A DNA stretch of 64,000 nucleotides from a bacterium. GTDB taxonomy: Bacteria; Babelota; Babeliae; Babelales; JAUWHS01. Position 1 is the stretch's first letter, and every line of letters starts with the position of its first letter. Below are positions 26,845 to 36,589 of the stretch, in pieces. The notes under the pieces are model-generated. The model saw only the letters and a list, made by a program, of their open reading frames with translations, did no database searches and was not told where the DNA came from. A program made the position numbers and the translations under genes. The stretch spans positions 5,387 through 69,386 of the forward strand of contig JBDRFY010000050.1 of the NCBI GenBank assembly GCA_043818275.1. The letters are read 5' to 3'.

Positions 26845-27417
26845 ATGAAAAAACTATGTAAAGTTTTATCATTAATTTTAGCAATTAATATTTTTGCAAA
26901 TTCACAATCAAATGCTTTTCTTGGATTAGGAATACTTAGTAATGCAACAGGTTGGACCGCTTCTTGGTTTTGTAATAATCCACATGTTTCAAGTGCTACA
27001 AACACTGAACTTTCAAAACAATTAATGAAAAATTTTTACACTTTTGCTAAAAATTCTCCTGAGCTCGCTCAAAAATTATTAATTCAAACACAAAAACTCA
27101 TTGCTAACTCAAATATAAATTGGGAAAACAGTAAAGAACTTGCATGTAAAACAACAACTATTGCAATAGAATTAATAAAACAAAATCCAGAAGTAACATT
27201 TTATACCGCACTTGGCTTAGTCTTAGTTGCAATATTAAAAAATCAATTGACCTGGACGATTAATAAAACAACTAACATAACAAAAGAAGCCGTAATATTA
27301 GGAACAAAAGCCTCATTTAATACAGTAGCAGGAACAGCCAAATTAGGAATAAATATAGCCAGTTCACCTGCAATAATTACATCTAAGGTTCTTGGCTATG
27401 TAATAAATAAAATATAA
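26845..27417 (+). CDS. Small secreted/membrane protein, family member 1
   Basis: GGAGG RBS. Signal peptide MKKLCKVLSLILAINIFANSQSNA. C-terminal ELIKQNPEVTFYTALGLVLVAILKNQL matches member 3. Confidence 0.7.
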   Translation: MKKLCKVLSLILAINIFANSQSNAFLGLGILSNATGWTASWFCNNPHVSSATNTELSKQLMKNFYTFAKNSPELAQKLLIQTQKLIANSNINWENSKELACKTTTIAIELIKQNPEVTFYTALGLVLVAILKNQLTWTINKTTNITKEAVILGTKASFNTVAGTAKLGINIASSPAIITSKVLGYVINKI

Positions 27418-27454
27418 TTAGTTTAATTATATGATTTTTACTTGGAGGTTTATT

Positions 27455-27898
27455 ATGAATAAAATATTCAAAACATTGTTTTTAATTTTAGCAATTAATG
27501 TTTTTTCGAATACACAATCAAATGCATGTGGGTGGCTTTATTCTTGCCCTAAAGAAACTTATACTGGTGAATTGGCAAAAATTGGGAACGTTTTACTGGA
27601 CAGCGGAAAAACAGCTTTATGCTTAACATTAAAAGATGGTAAAAATTTAGTAGCAAATAAAATTGTTCCAACTATTGCAAATAATCCTTATTTATTAACG
27701 TCAAGTGTTGGTCTTGCTTTTTTATATACTTTATACCTTGGTAAATATCCAAAAGGCACAATTAAAAATACATTTAAATATGGTCTATCTCCAATGTGGT
27801 ATCCTACGTACTACACTTGGAAAAAATTAAGGCAAGAAGATAAAATTAAATCATTAGAAAAAAGACTCGAAGACGCTGTAAAAATAAAACAAGCTTAA
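27455..27898 (+). CDS. Small secreted protein, family member 2
   Basis: The ORF begins at 27431, but the ATG at 27455 follows GGAGG. Its signal peptide MNKIFKTLFLILAINVFSNTQSNA is nearly identical to that of member 1. Confidence 0.65.
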   Translation: MNKIFKTLFLILAINVFSNTQSNACGWLYSCPKETYTGELAKIGNVLLDSGKTALCLTLKDGKNLVANKIVPTIANNPYLLTSSVGLAFLYTLYLGKYPKGTIKNTFKYGLSPMWYPTYYTWKKLRQEDKIKSLEKRLEDAVKIKQA

Positions 27899-27903
27899 AA
27901 ATA

Positions 27904-27933
27904 CGCCGGATTTTTTCCGGCGTTTCTTTTTTT
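27904..27933 (+). terminator. Rho-independent terminator
   Basis: cgccgga ttttt tccggcg hairpin followed by tttcttttttt. Confidence 0.7.
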
Positions 27934-28741
27934 AAATATTTAATCTAAATAATTTTTTAGCATTCTGTGTAGTTGCATCTGCCAATTCATCAACAGAAAT
28001 TTTTTTAATCTCAGCAATCAAATCTGCAAATAACGGAATGTAAGCAGGTGAATTTTGTTTGCCTCTAAATTGTTGCGGCGGCAAAAATGGAGCATCTGTT
28101 TCTAAAAGAATTTTATCCAGCGAAACACTTTCAACAACTTCTCTTAATTTTTCATTTTTGGGATAAGTTACATGCCCATCAATGCCAACATAAAATCCCC
28201 ACTTTGTAACGAGAGAAGCAATATCAACACCATCAGAAAAACAATGAAATACTCCTCGTAATTTTCCAGTACATTCTTCAACAATTTTTAATGTTTCATC
28301 AGTTGCTTCACGCATGTGAATCACAACAAGCAAATCATATTTTAATGCCAGTTCAACATGAAACTTAAACGCTTCAATTTGTCGGCGTTTATCAAAAGGC
28401 TTATGAAAAAAATCTAAACCTGTTTCTCCAACAGCCACAATTTTATTATCACGTTTATTTATTATCCATTCTTCAATTTTTTTTACATCTTCAAGCCAAT
28501 TTGGAGTAAGATCGCACGGATGAATACCAATTGCAGCAAAAACATTATTAAATTTTTTTGCAATTTTTATTGTATTCAAACTTTCAACAACACTTGTTCC
28601 TACATTTATTAAATATTTAACACCTACTTTGCCAGATTCTTTTAAAATTTGCCCTATTCTTTCAAAATTCTCATTTTTTAAAGGAGTGTCAAAATCTTTT
28701 TTTACCATCATATTTAAATGACAATGCGTATCAACAAACAT
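27932..28741 (-). CDS. tatD: TatD-family metal-dependent hydrolase/DNase
   Basis: FVDTHCHLN, GETGLDF, VIHMREA, LLETDAPFL. Confidence 0.9.
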   Translation of the reverse strand: MFVDTHCHLNMMVKKDFDTPLKNENFERIGQILKESGKVGVKYLINVGTSVVESLNTIKIAKKFNNVFAAIGIHPCDLTPNWLEDVKKIEEWIINKRDNKIVAVGETGLDFFHKPFDKRRQIEAFKFHVELALKYDLLVVIHMREATDETLKIVEECTGKLRGVFHCFSDGVDIASLVTKWGFYVGIDGHVTYPKNEKLREVVESVSLDKILLETDAPFLPPQQFRGKQNSPAYIPLFADLIAEIKKISVDELADATTQNAKKLFRLNI

Positions 28742-28989
28742 AATTAACCCTTTTTTTTAATTTACATTTCTTCATCTCGTAAAATTATAATCATTTCATA
28801 ATATTTTTTTAATTCTAACAGAATTTAATTTTGCCCTAAAAAACACTTTTTACATAAAAAATGACATTTTATTACTTGTTTTACAACGAATGCCTTTGAA
28901 AGTAAAAATATTACATTTAAAATCTAAGTAAGCTTTGCAAGGTGTAAAGCTTGAATAATTAGCAATTTTAAATATTATTGGGGGTTTTC

Positions 28990-29463
28990 ATGAAAAAACT
29001 TTTTAAGGTTTTATTTCTTGTTTTGGCTATGAATGCTATGAGTCAAACAAAATCTGAAGCTTATGGACCAATGACAGGCATACAAATGTTAGAACTTGTT
29101 GCACCATGGGCAATACAAGCAACTGAATATGTTACTCCTTATGTTACAACAGCCACTGAAACAGCCAAAGATATCTGCTTATCTGTAGGCGGAGGGTACT
29201 GTGGTATAGCCGTAGCTGCTCCAACTGCTTTAGCAATAGCCGCAACCTCTATGTTTGCGGGTTTTAATTATTTATTTTCTTCGACAAAACCTACAAAAAA
29301 AATAGAAAAAATAATTGAAACAGTTACACCTGAAGTAAAAGCTTCACTTATAACAACCGCATTAGAATTAGTTAAACAACACCCAGGGTTAACAACTGCT
29401 TCAGCATTACTTTTAGTCATTCTTGCATACAAAACAAAACAAGCTTTAACTCAAAAGATATAA
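28990..29463 (+). CDS. Small secreted/membrane protein, family member 3
   Basis: ATG at 28990 after GGGGG. Signal peptide MKKLFKVLFLVLAMNAMSQTKSEA. C-terminal ELVKQHPGLTTASALLLVILAYKTKQAL. Confidence 0.7.
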   Translation: MKKLFKVLFLVLAMNAMSQTKSEAYGPMTGIQMLELVAPWAIQATEYVTPYVTTATETAKDICLSVGGGYCGIAVAAPTALAIAATSMFAGFNYLFSSTKPTKKIEKIIETVTPEVKASLITTALELVKQHPGLTTASALLLVILAYKTKQALTQKI

Positions 29464-29566
29464 TTCCTGAAATAAAAAACAAGAAGTTAATAAAGAACAT
29501 AAAAATAAAAACTTTAAATATAAATATAAACCAAATAAAAAAATTGCTCTTGGAATTATAAAAAAC

Positions 29567-29610
29567 AAACTCATCGAGACCCTTTATTAAACAAGGGTCT
29601 CGATGAGTTT
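29567..29610. terminator. Perfect 18-bp hairpin (terminator-like; the T-run is on the minus-strand side)
   Basis: aaactcatcgagaccctt / tattaaac / aagggtctcgatgagttt. It is preceded by aaaaac on the plus strand, which reads as a T-run after the hairpin on the minus strand. Confidence 0.5.
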
Positions 29611-29946
29611 TGTGATTATATAAAGGCTAGAATTAAAAATCCATTGTTGCTATTCGAATAAATCGCTCTTTCCCTAGAAAATTGTCGTAATTACCCTATT
29701 AATAGGAGACCTTGTATGTAAACTTCTTAAGTTGACAGCATTGGTAAAATTGCCGGGACTTTTTTTAATTCCAAAAAGAACCTAATTAAATAAACAGCAT
29801 TCTTAAATACAAAAAAATTTAATCTTAAAAGTTTCATTCAGAAACAAATAAGCAAAAAAGCTTTTAAATTCAATATAAAATTATTCTGACACAATAATTT
29901 CATTAATAAATCTAGGAAAACAACCGAATGTTTTTATCTTTTTTTC

Positions 29947-29975
29947 TTGACAAAAAAGAAAAGTAAATTTACATT
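29947..29975 (+). promoter_or_regulatory. Candidate sigma70-type promoter for the HU gene
   Basis: TTGACA (29947..29952), 17-nt spacer, TACATT (29970..29975). It lies 55 nt upstream of the HU ATG. Confidence 0.4.
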
Positions 29976-30030
29976 TCCATTGGATGTTTCTGTAAAAACA
30001 ACCATAATTCTATTTTATAAAGGAGAGGAT

Positions 30031-30309
30031 ATGAACAAAAGTGAACTCATCAACGCATTGAGCGAAGAAACCAATTTCAGCAAAAAAGATGTAGCTAAAG
30101 TTTTAGCTTCCTTCACAAGAATCATCGAAAGAACACTCAGAAAGGGTGAAAAAGTTTCCTTAACAGGCTTTGGAACATACTGGATTTCAAGACGCCCTGC
30201 ACGCATTGGAATTAATCCTGCAACAAAGGAAAGAATTAAACTTCCTGCAGTAAGTGTTCCAAGATTTAAACCTGGCAAACATCTTAAAGAAGAAGTTCGC
30301 TCCCTATAA
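30031..30309 (+). CDS. hup: DNA-binding protein HU
   Basis: ATG at 30031 follows AAAGGAGAGG. MNKSELINALSEE..., GFGTYWISRRPARIGINPATKERIKLPA..VPRFKPGK is the HU/IHF beta-arm signature. The TTG at 29947 in the ORF track is an artefactual extension. Confidence 0.9.
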   Translation: MNKSELINALSEETNFSKKDVAKVLASFTRIIERTLRKGEKVSLTGFGTYWISRRPARIGINPATKERIKLPAVSVPRFKPGKHLKEEVRSL

Positions 30310-30323
30310 TTTCTGAAACAATT

Positions 30324-31187
30324 ATGAGCAGAACACAACAAGTTTACAAAATTGCAGGGCCGATAATTTTATCGGCCCTGTCTATTTTGATAAGTTTTAT
30401 CATTTTGCAACCAATTGCACTGCATCTAAATCCAAATTTCAATCTTCTTGCAAGCCGGGGAATTGGAAAAGTTGCATTTGTAACAATGATTATTTTGCAG
30501 CTTTTGCTTTTTCTTACCACCCAATCACAAAAATTTTTAAATAAATTCTTACAAACATCCCTTTATTTTTTTAAAGAAAAAAAATGGGTTAAAACTTTTT
30601 TAATTTATTTTGTAATATTTTTTATTCTTCACTCTCTTCTTTTAGTTCTTTTTTATTTTTTAGGTTATGCACAATACAACCCAAATTGGGGAAATGTTAA
30701 TATTGGATTAATACTAAAACTTATTTGGGGATTTTTTGTTGTTTTTATGCTTGCCTGGACTGAAGAATTAATTTTTCGGGGCATGATTTATCAATACATA
30801 AACCAGGAATTCAGCAAAATAACCAGCCTCTTTTCTGCCTCTTTAATTTTTATGCTGGCTCACGATTTAACAAACCCGTTAAATTTAATTACAAAAAACT
30901 GGAAACTTGGCCTTGGATTATTCTTACTCGGCTTTTTATTAAATACCGTTTTTGCCATAACTAATAAACTTTATGCCGGAATGGGAATACATGCCGGTCT
31001 GGTTTTTGTAAAAGTTGTTCTCAGAAAAGCAAGATTTTTAATCATTCCTGGCGCCTGTTTGCCATTCTGGTTAAATTCAGATTTAAGACAATGTTTAATT
31101 GTTCATATTTTGTTCGTTCTTTTAATTACAGGTTTGTTAATAAAATATAGAAAAATTTTATTAAATATTAAAACCCCACAAGTCTAA
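30324..31187 (+). CDS. CPBP-family intramembrane glutamic endopeptidase (CAAX protease/Abi fold)
   Basis: Polytopic membrane protein with WTEELIFRG (EExxxR) and FMLAHD (FxxxH) motifs. Confidence 0.75.
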   Translation: MSRTQQVYKIAGPIILSALSILISFIILQPIALHLNPNFNLLASRGIGKVAFVTMIILQLLLFLTTQSQKFLNKFLQTSLYFFKEKKWVKTFLIYFVIFFILHSLLLVLFYFLGYAQYNPNWGNVNIGLILKLIWGFFVVFMLAWTEELIFRGMIYQYINQEFSKITSLFSASLIFMLAHDLTNPLNLITKNWKLGLGLFLLGFLLNTVFAITNKLYAGMGIHAGLVFVKVVLRKARFLIIPGACLPFWLNSDLRQCLIVHILFVLLITGLLIKYRKILLNIKTPQV

Positions 31188-31871
31188 CACTTCTTCTTTA
31201 ACTTTTAGGTCCTGAATCATTTGAGTCCAATCCCGTTTTCCCAAACCCTCATTTAAGGCCGGAACTTTATTTCCTGCAAGATATATCTCTTTAATTTTTT
31301 TATTTCGCTTAAACAATGAAACTGGAATATGCGTTATTTTGTTATCTGCCAAATTAATCTGTTCCAGTGCAGACAAATTTCTGAATAAATCTCTTTTTAA
31401 TATTTTTATATCATTATCAGATAAATCCAGATCTTTTAATTTTCTCTGATTCATAAAAATTTGTGGCTGCAATTCCTTTATTTTATTGTTACTTAAATCC
31501 AGTCGTACCAACTTTTTCAAAGGAGCAAACGCGCCTTTTTCAATTTCACTTATTTTATTAAAAGACAAATCAAGTATTTCTAGGTTTCTAAATCTATTCA
31601 AATCATCCCGTTCTATCTTTTTGATTTTGTTATGATCCATGCGAATTTCTTTTATTTTTTTGCACGTCGAACCAAGGGCACTCTGAATGCCATCCAATGA
31701 TTTTATTTGCAATTTAGACAAATCCAGGATTCCATTTTTTTTAGAATCTTCAATCCGTTGCTGCAAAAGATTACGAATGTATTCTTGCTCTTTTTTAGAT
31801 TTGGGCTTAGAAATTAATAAATTTGAAAATAAGAAAGAAAAACAAACAACAAACAAAACAATTTTTTTCAT
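31161..31871 (-). CDS. Secreted leucine-rich-repeat protein
   Basis: AAGGAG RBS and signal peptide. At least six 24-residue LRRs (LEILDLSFNKISEIEKGAFAPLKKLVRLDLSNNKIKEL...). Confidence 0.85.
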   Translation of the reverse strand: MKKIVLFVVCFSFLFSNLLISKPKSKKEQEYIRNLLQQRIEDSKKNGILDLSKLQIKSLDGIQSALGSTCKKIKEIRMDHNKIKKIERDDLNRFRNLEILDLSFNKISEIEKGAFAPLKKLVRLDLSNNKIKELQPQIFMNQRKLKDLDLSDNDIKILKRDLFRNLSALEQINLADNKITHIPVSLFKRNKKIKEIYLAGNKVPALNEGLGKRDWTQMIQDLKVKEEVLDLWGFNI

Positions 31872-31951
31872 AACCTTTCTCCTTAATTAATTTGAATATA
31901 AGCAAAAATGATTATAAAAAACTATTTTTTAAACTGTAAACAAATTAATTT

Positions 31952-34678
31952 TTAACCGCGCTCTTCAATATTTATAAAAGAACCTGAAGAAGTTTTATCA
32001 ACAATAAAATGAATTGGAAAATTATCTTTAAAAATTGATAAATGCGAAACAACTATAATTTTGGCAAAATCCTGTTGTATTACATAAATAGAATCCATTA
32101 AACGGCTTAACCCTTCCTCATCCTGGGAACCAAATCCCTCGTCAATTATCAATGTTTGTAACGGTGTACCTGCCCTGCGGGCCAATAATTTTGAAATTGC
32201 TATGCGCAACGCAAAATCAACGCGAAAGGCCTCTCCTCCGGAAAACATTTCATACGGACGCATACCAATTGAATCTGAAATTTGTATATCCAGAGTCTCT
32301 TTTACGCCACCCTTTTTCAAATCACGCAAAGATTCAAAAAATATTTGTGACTGATTATCTGTAAGTCTTGATAAAATTTTATTTGCTTCCTCTTCAATTT
32401 CTGGAATTGCCTGTTCAATCAAAAGAGCTTGCAGACCATCTTTACTGAATGTTTTAACTAAAAAATCATAATATTGAATTTCTTCATTTATTTTATTTAT
32501 TTTTTTCTCTTTTTGTTGAATTTCAATTTTTAAATTTTTAATGCGGTCAAGCTCGTTTTTTAACTGCCCCAATTTTTGTAATAAAAAATCCTTTTCCTTT
32601 AAAACATCTGCTATTTCTTTTTTTCCGTTTGTTATTTTTTGGGCTAAATCTTTTATCTTTTTTTCGTCAAAATTTAACTCTTTCTTTTTTATTTCTTTAT
32701 TTTTTAACTGATTTTTAATCTCTTTTAATTGAGCAACAAACAAAGAAATTTTATAACGCCTTTCCTGCTGTTTTGATAACTCACCACCAAGGCTTTTTAA
32801 ATCAGACAAACGCTCTTCCACTTTTTGTAAATCTTTTTGTAATTTCTCATGCGCCCTTTTATCATATTTATTTTTTTCTAAAGATTTTTCTAATTCTAAA
32901 AGAGCCTCGCTTATTTGCTTTAGTTTTAAATTATTTTCTATCCCTTTTTTTAATTCTTTTTCTTTTTCCGTTAAATTATTCTGAATTATTCTGGCCTTTA
33001 AAATTGCCTCTTTTATTTTTAAATTTAATTCTTCAAAAAGTTTTTTTTCTTTTTTTATTTCCAACTTAATTAATTCTATTGTTTTAAACAGTTCTTCTTT
33101 TTTAATTAATATTTTTTTGTATTCTTCTTCTGTTTTTTGCATATTTTGTAATTGTTTATGTTGATCCAAAAGAACAATCTTTAATTTTTTCAATATTCTG
33201 GAAACTTTATCCATTTGGTGATTAAAAAATTTATCTGAAATTTTAAATTTATCTGCTAAAAACTTTTTGCGCGAAATAGTTAATAACTGCTGGCATAAAG
33301 GACAAGCTGGACTTTCATGGATTTTTATTGTTTCTGATTTTTGTTGTATATCTTTAATCTGCAATTTTAAATGATTTCCTCTCTGAATAATAACCTGATA
33401 ATAAGACCGTCTTTTTTCAAATTGCGATTTAACCTTTTCAAGCTTGGAAATAAAATCATTCTGATTCCTTAAATTCTCTTCAAACCTTAAAAGTTCTTTT
33501 TGATGATTTTTTATTTTATTTTCAAGTTCAATAATAGATTTATCTTTTTGTTCAGATAAAATTTCCGCCTGTTTTTTATTTAGTAATTCTTTTTCCAAAT
33601 CAAGTTTTATCCGGTAAATTTCCTGTTCCAATGTTGATTGAAACAGATTACTCTCCTTTTGATATTCCGATTTTTTTTTCAGAAGCTCTGCCTGAATATT
33701 TAAATTTTCTTGTTGCGCTTTTAATAAAGCTTTATTTTCTGCTGCCAGGTTATTTTTTAACTTTTCGAGTTCATCTAAAGATTCATGCTTTAAAGATTTA
33801 TAATGAGCAAGCTTCCATTTAGAAACTAATGGCATAAAATCCGATTCTTTTGCAAGACAAATTCCTTTAAGTTCTTCTGTCTCTTTTTCTAAATTCAAAA
33901 AAGTTCTTTGTTGCTCCTGAAAAACAAGATTTTCTTTTTCTAAATCTAAAATAACTTCTTGTTTTTTACTTAAATCATGATTTATATCTTTTAATTTTTT
34001 AGATTCTTGCCCGTCTTCCTGTTTTATTTTTTCTTCTTTTGTAATTTCCTCTTTGGATGTCTGCAAAATATTATTTAACAATTTAGCATCATCTGATAAT
34101 CTTTTTTCTTTTTCTGCGGCTAATTGTTTTAATTTTTCATATTTATCCAAGCCTAAAATATTTGCCAAAATTTGTTTTCGTTCTTTGGGTGATTTTTTGG
34201 AAAATTCATTAGCCTGTCCCTGTCGCAAAAAAGCTGTATTTGAAAAAGTTTCAAAATCAAGACCAATTAAATTTTCAATTTTTTCCTGAGTTTGCCGAAT
34301 TGTTTTTTCAGTCAGTGTTATAAATTTATCTTTTGACTCATCAAATAATTCAAAATCTAAAGCGACCAAAGGCTTTCCATAAGTTTTTGTATACTCACGC
34401 CGAACATTATAAAGGCTGCCATTAAAATTAAATTCCAGAGCAACCATCATCTGAGTTTGGCCCAAATGAATTAGTCCTGAATCAGCTTTAATCGTGGCGG
34501 TAGTTTTTCTTGCTTCCCCCCACAGCGCCCAGGTCATTGCATCAAGAAGAGCCGATTTTCCATTGCCATTTTTACCGGATAAACAAATTAATGGATAATC
34601 TTTAAAATCAATTTCTTGAAGAGAATTTCCGTAACTTAAAAAATTTTTTATCTTTATTTTTATAGGAATCATAGACAA
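31952..34678 (-). CDS. sbcC: SbcC/Rad50-family SMC-like ATPase
   Basis: Walker A LSGKNGNGKSALLDAMTWALWG. Very long coiled coil with a CPLCQQ zinc hook. Signature FSGGEAFRVDFALRIA. Walker B LIIDEGFGSQD. The start may be the ATG at 34672. Confidence 0.85.
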   Translation of the reverse strand: MSMIPIKIKIKNFLSYGNSLQEIDFKDYPLICLSGKNGNGKSALLDAMTWALWGEARKTTATIKADSGLIHLGQTQMMVALEFNFNGSLYNVRREYTKTYGKPLVALDFELFDESKDKFITLTEKTIRQTQEKIENLIGLDFETFSNTAFLRQGQANEFSKKSPKERKQILANILGLDKYEKLKQLAAEKEKRLSDDAKLLNNILQTSKEEITKEEKIKQEDGQESKKLKDINHDLSKKQEVILDLEKENLVFQEQQRTFLNLEKETEELKGICLAKESDFMPLVSKWKLAHYKSLKHESLDELEKLKNNLAAENKALLKAQQENLNIQAELLKKKSEYQKESNLFQSTLEQEIYRIKLDLEKELLNKKQAEILSEQKDKSIIELENKIKNHQKELLRFEENLRNQNDFISKLEKVKSQFEKRRSYYQVIIQRGNHLKLQIKDIQQKSETIKIHESPACPLCQQLLTISRKKFLADKFKISDKFFNHQMDKVSRILKKLKIVLLDQHKQLQNMQKTEEEYKKILIKKEELFKTIELIKLEIKKEKKLFEELNLKIKEAILKARIIQNNLTEKEKELKKGIENNLKLKQISEALLELEKSLEKNKYDKRAHEKLQKDLQKVEERLSDLKSLGGELSKQQERRYKISLFVAQLKEIKNQLKNKEIKKKELNFDEKKIKDLAQKITNGKKEIADVLKEKDFLLQKLGQLKNELDRIKNLKIEIQQKEKKINKINEEIQYYDFLVKTFSKDGLQALLIEQAIPEIEEEANKILSRLTDNQSQIFFESLRDLKKGGVKETLDIQISDSIGMRPYEMFSGGEAFRVDFALRIAISKLLARRAGTPLQTLIIDEGFGSQDEEGLSRLMDSIYVIQQDFAKIIVVSHLSIFKDNFPIHFIVDKTSSGSFINIEERG

Positions 34679-34717
34679 CTCAAATTATTATTCATAAATT
34701 TAATTTTTCTACCGAAC

Positions 34718-34853
34718 TTGTCATCCTGAACTCGTTTCAGGATCCACACTCAGTTAAACTAATCACAATTTTTAAAATTATAGTAAATCATTTTACAAAG
34801 CTTACCCATCAAAAATTATAAACATAGATCCTGAAATAAATTCAGGATGACAA
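34718..34853. repeat. Inverted-repeat element of the GATCCTGAA family (family B)
   Basis: ttgtcatcctgaactcgtttcaggatc (34718..34744) and gatcctgaaataaattcaggatgacaa (34827..34853) are near reverse complements. Each is itself a hairpin. The spacer is AT-rich. Confidence 0.7.
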
Positions 34854-34932
34854 AATAGGATTAAAATAATATTTTGGAATCACAACTTAGGCTTAATTTT
34901 AATAAAAAGTAATTTAATCACAAGAAATTAAA

Positions 34933-36048
34933 ATGTTAATCGATAGACGATATTTTAGATATTTTGACTGGATAAGTTTTTCAATTACGATTCTTTTGTT
35001 GTCCTTTGGCCTCCTATTTGTTTTTAGCTCAACTTATACGCCTGAAAAACCATTCTCTATTTTTTTTAAAAAACAATTATTTGGGGCAATTACAGGATTA
35101 TTTATCTATTTATTTTTTTCATTTAAAGATTTAAGAAATCTTAGTCGTTTTGGATTTTTTTTATATTTTTTTATTCTTGTCCTTCTTACATATACATATT
35201 TAGCAGGTTTTGTTGGGATGGGTGCTAAACGCTGGTTATCTCTTTATTTTTTTAAATTTCAGCCATCAGAACTTGTAAAATTATTTTTACCCTCTTTTCT
35301 TGCGTTTTATTTTCTGGAACAAGATTTACCCAAATACCATAAAAAATTTAATCCCAAATCAAAAGATTTTTTGTTTCCTGCAATAATTTTGTTTATAAGT
35401 TTCCTTCTCATTTTTAAACAACCAGATCTTGGCACAGCTTTAATTATTCTTTTTACAGGTTTGATTTTATTCAGGGTTATTGGGCTGAAAAATAAATTTT
35501 TTTTTATTTTAATTCTTTCATGCGCAATCAGCACACCCATAATCTGGAAAATTTTAAAACCTTATCACCAAAAAAGAATTTTGGTGCTTCTGGGTGGCGG
35601 AGAAGCTCAAAAGGACCGGTATCAAATTGAACAATCAAAAATAGCAATCGGTTCTGGTGGTATTTTTGGTAAAGGGGTTTTAAAAGGCACACAAAATAAG
35701 CTTGCGTTTTTACCTGAAAACCATACCGATTTTATCTTTTCAGTGATTTGTGAAGAATGGGGTTTTGTTGGAGCAATTTTTATTTTACTGTTATTTTTTT
35801 TGCTATTTACAAGAATTACTTTAATTATTTTACAGATTAAAAATTTATTTGATCAAATTATCGCTGTTGGACTTTTGACGCATCTTATTCTTTCTGTTGT
35901 AATAAATATTGGAATGACTGTAGGAATTTTACCAATCGTGGGAATTCCGTTGCCCCTTTTTAGTTATGGAATTACACATCTCTGGATTTGCATGGCAAGT
36001 TTGGGATGGATAAATAATATTGCAATAAGGCGTTATGCTCATTATTAA
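34933..36048 (+). CDS. rodA: SEDS-family peptidoglycan glycosyltransferase, RodA-like
   Basis: QPSELVKL, QPDLGTALI, YQIEQSKIAIGSGGIFGKG, LPENHTDFIFSVICEEWGFVGA. The QSKIAIGSGG string matches RodA better than FtsW. Confidence 0.8.
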   Translation: MLIDRRYFRYFDWISFSITILLLSFGLLFVFSSTYTPEKPFSIFFKKQLFGAITGLFIYLFFSFKDLRNLSRFGFFLYFFILVLLTYTYLAGFVGMGAKRWLSLYFFKFQPSELVKLFLPSFLAFYFLEQDLPKYHKKFNPKSKDFLFPAIILFISFLLIFKQPDLGTALIILFTGLILFRVIGLKNKFFFILILSCAISTPIIWKILKPYHQKRILVLLGGGEAQKDRYQIEQSKIAIGSGGIFGKGVLKGTQNKLAFLPENHTDFIFSVICEEWGFVGAIFILLLFFLLFTRITLIILQIKNLFDQIIAVGLLTHLILSVVINIGMTVGILPIVGIPLPLFSYGITHLWICMASLGWINNIAIRRYAHY

Positions 36049-36157
36049 TTTTTTTTAACAAAACACTTTGAAAAACAATATTTTTCTATATAATTTACTT
36101 CACGTTTAAATGCTAAATTTGAAAATAATATTAACCATTTTTCAGAAAGGTGGCAGG

Positions 36158-36409
36158 ATGAATCTTAAAAAATATTTCTTTCTTTTCTCATTTCTTTTGG
36201 GCCTTAGTTTTTTAAGTCAAATAAATGCTTATACCTTAGATGAATTGCAAACAATGTTTAAAGATGTAGATATTACAAACGTAAAAGAAGTTATGAATCG
36301 AATGAGAGAAGTTAAATTTTTTGAAACTTATCCATATGCCAATATCGAAGAAACAGCAAAACAAATACAACAATTACTTCTTGAAAATGCAATACCACCT
36401 CAAAATTAA
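36158..36409 (+). CDS. Small secreted hypothetical protein
   Basis: The ATG at 36158 follows AAGGTGG. Signal peptide MNLKKYFFLFSFLLGLSFLSQINA. A terminator follows. Confidence 0.55.
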   Translation: MNLKKYFFLFSFLLGLSFLSQINAYTLDELQTMFKDVDITNVKEVMNRMREVKFFETYPYANIEETAKQIQQLLLENAIPPQN

Positions 36410-36435
36410 AATCTAAATTTATCTACAAAAACTTT

Positions 36436-36470
36436 AACGGGCGAAGTTTAAAAACTCCGCCCGTTTTTTT
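36436..36470 (+). terminator. Rho-independent terminator
   Basis: aacgggcg...cgcccgtt hairpin followed by ttttt. Confidence 0.7.
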
Positions 36471-36589
36471 ATTTAAAGCATTGCATTTTTAAACATGCAA
36501 AAATTATTATTAAAAAGTTGCTAATTTTGAAATTTATTTTAAAAAAAAGATTCAGAATCTCTATCATTATAATTTAAAAGGATAAAGGA

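Noticed and set aside
29947-30030. N-terminal extension of the HU ORF from a TTG at 29947, and the antisense ORF 30015..30341
   Set aside because: The ATG at 30031 has a strong AAAGGAGAGG RBS and gives a canonical-length HU. The TTG coincides with a -35-like TTGACA. The antisense ORF is nested in the HU gene.
32152-34289. Plus-strand ORFs inside sbcC (32152..32364, 32773..33069, 33631..33822, 34053..34289)
   Set aside because: They are antisense to a long CDS with Walker A/B, a zinc hook and an ABC signature. The translations are low complexity.
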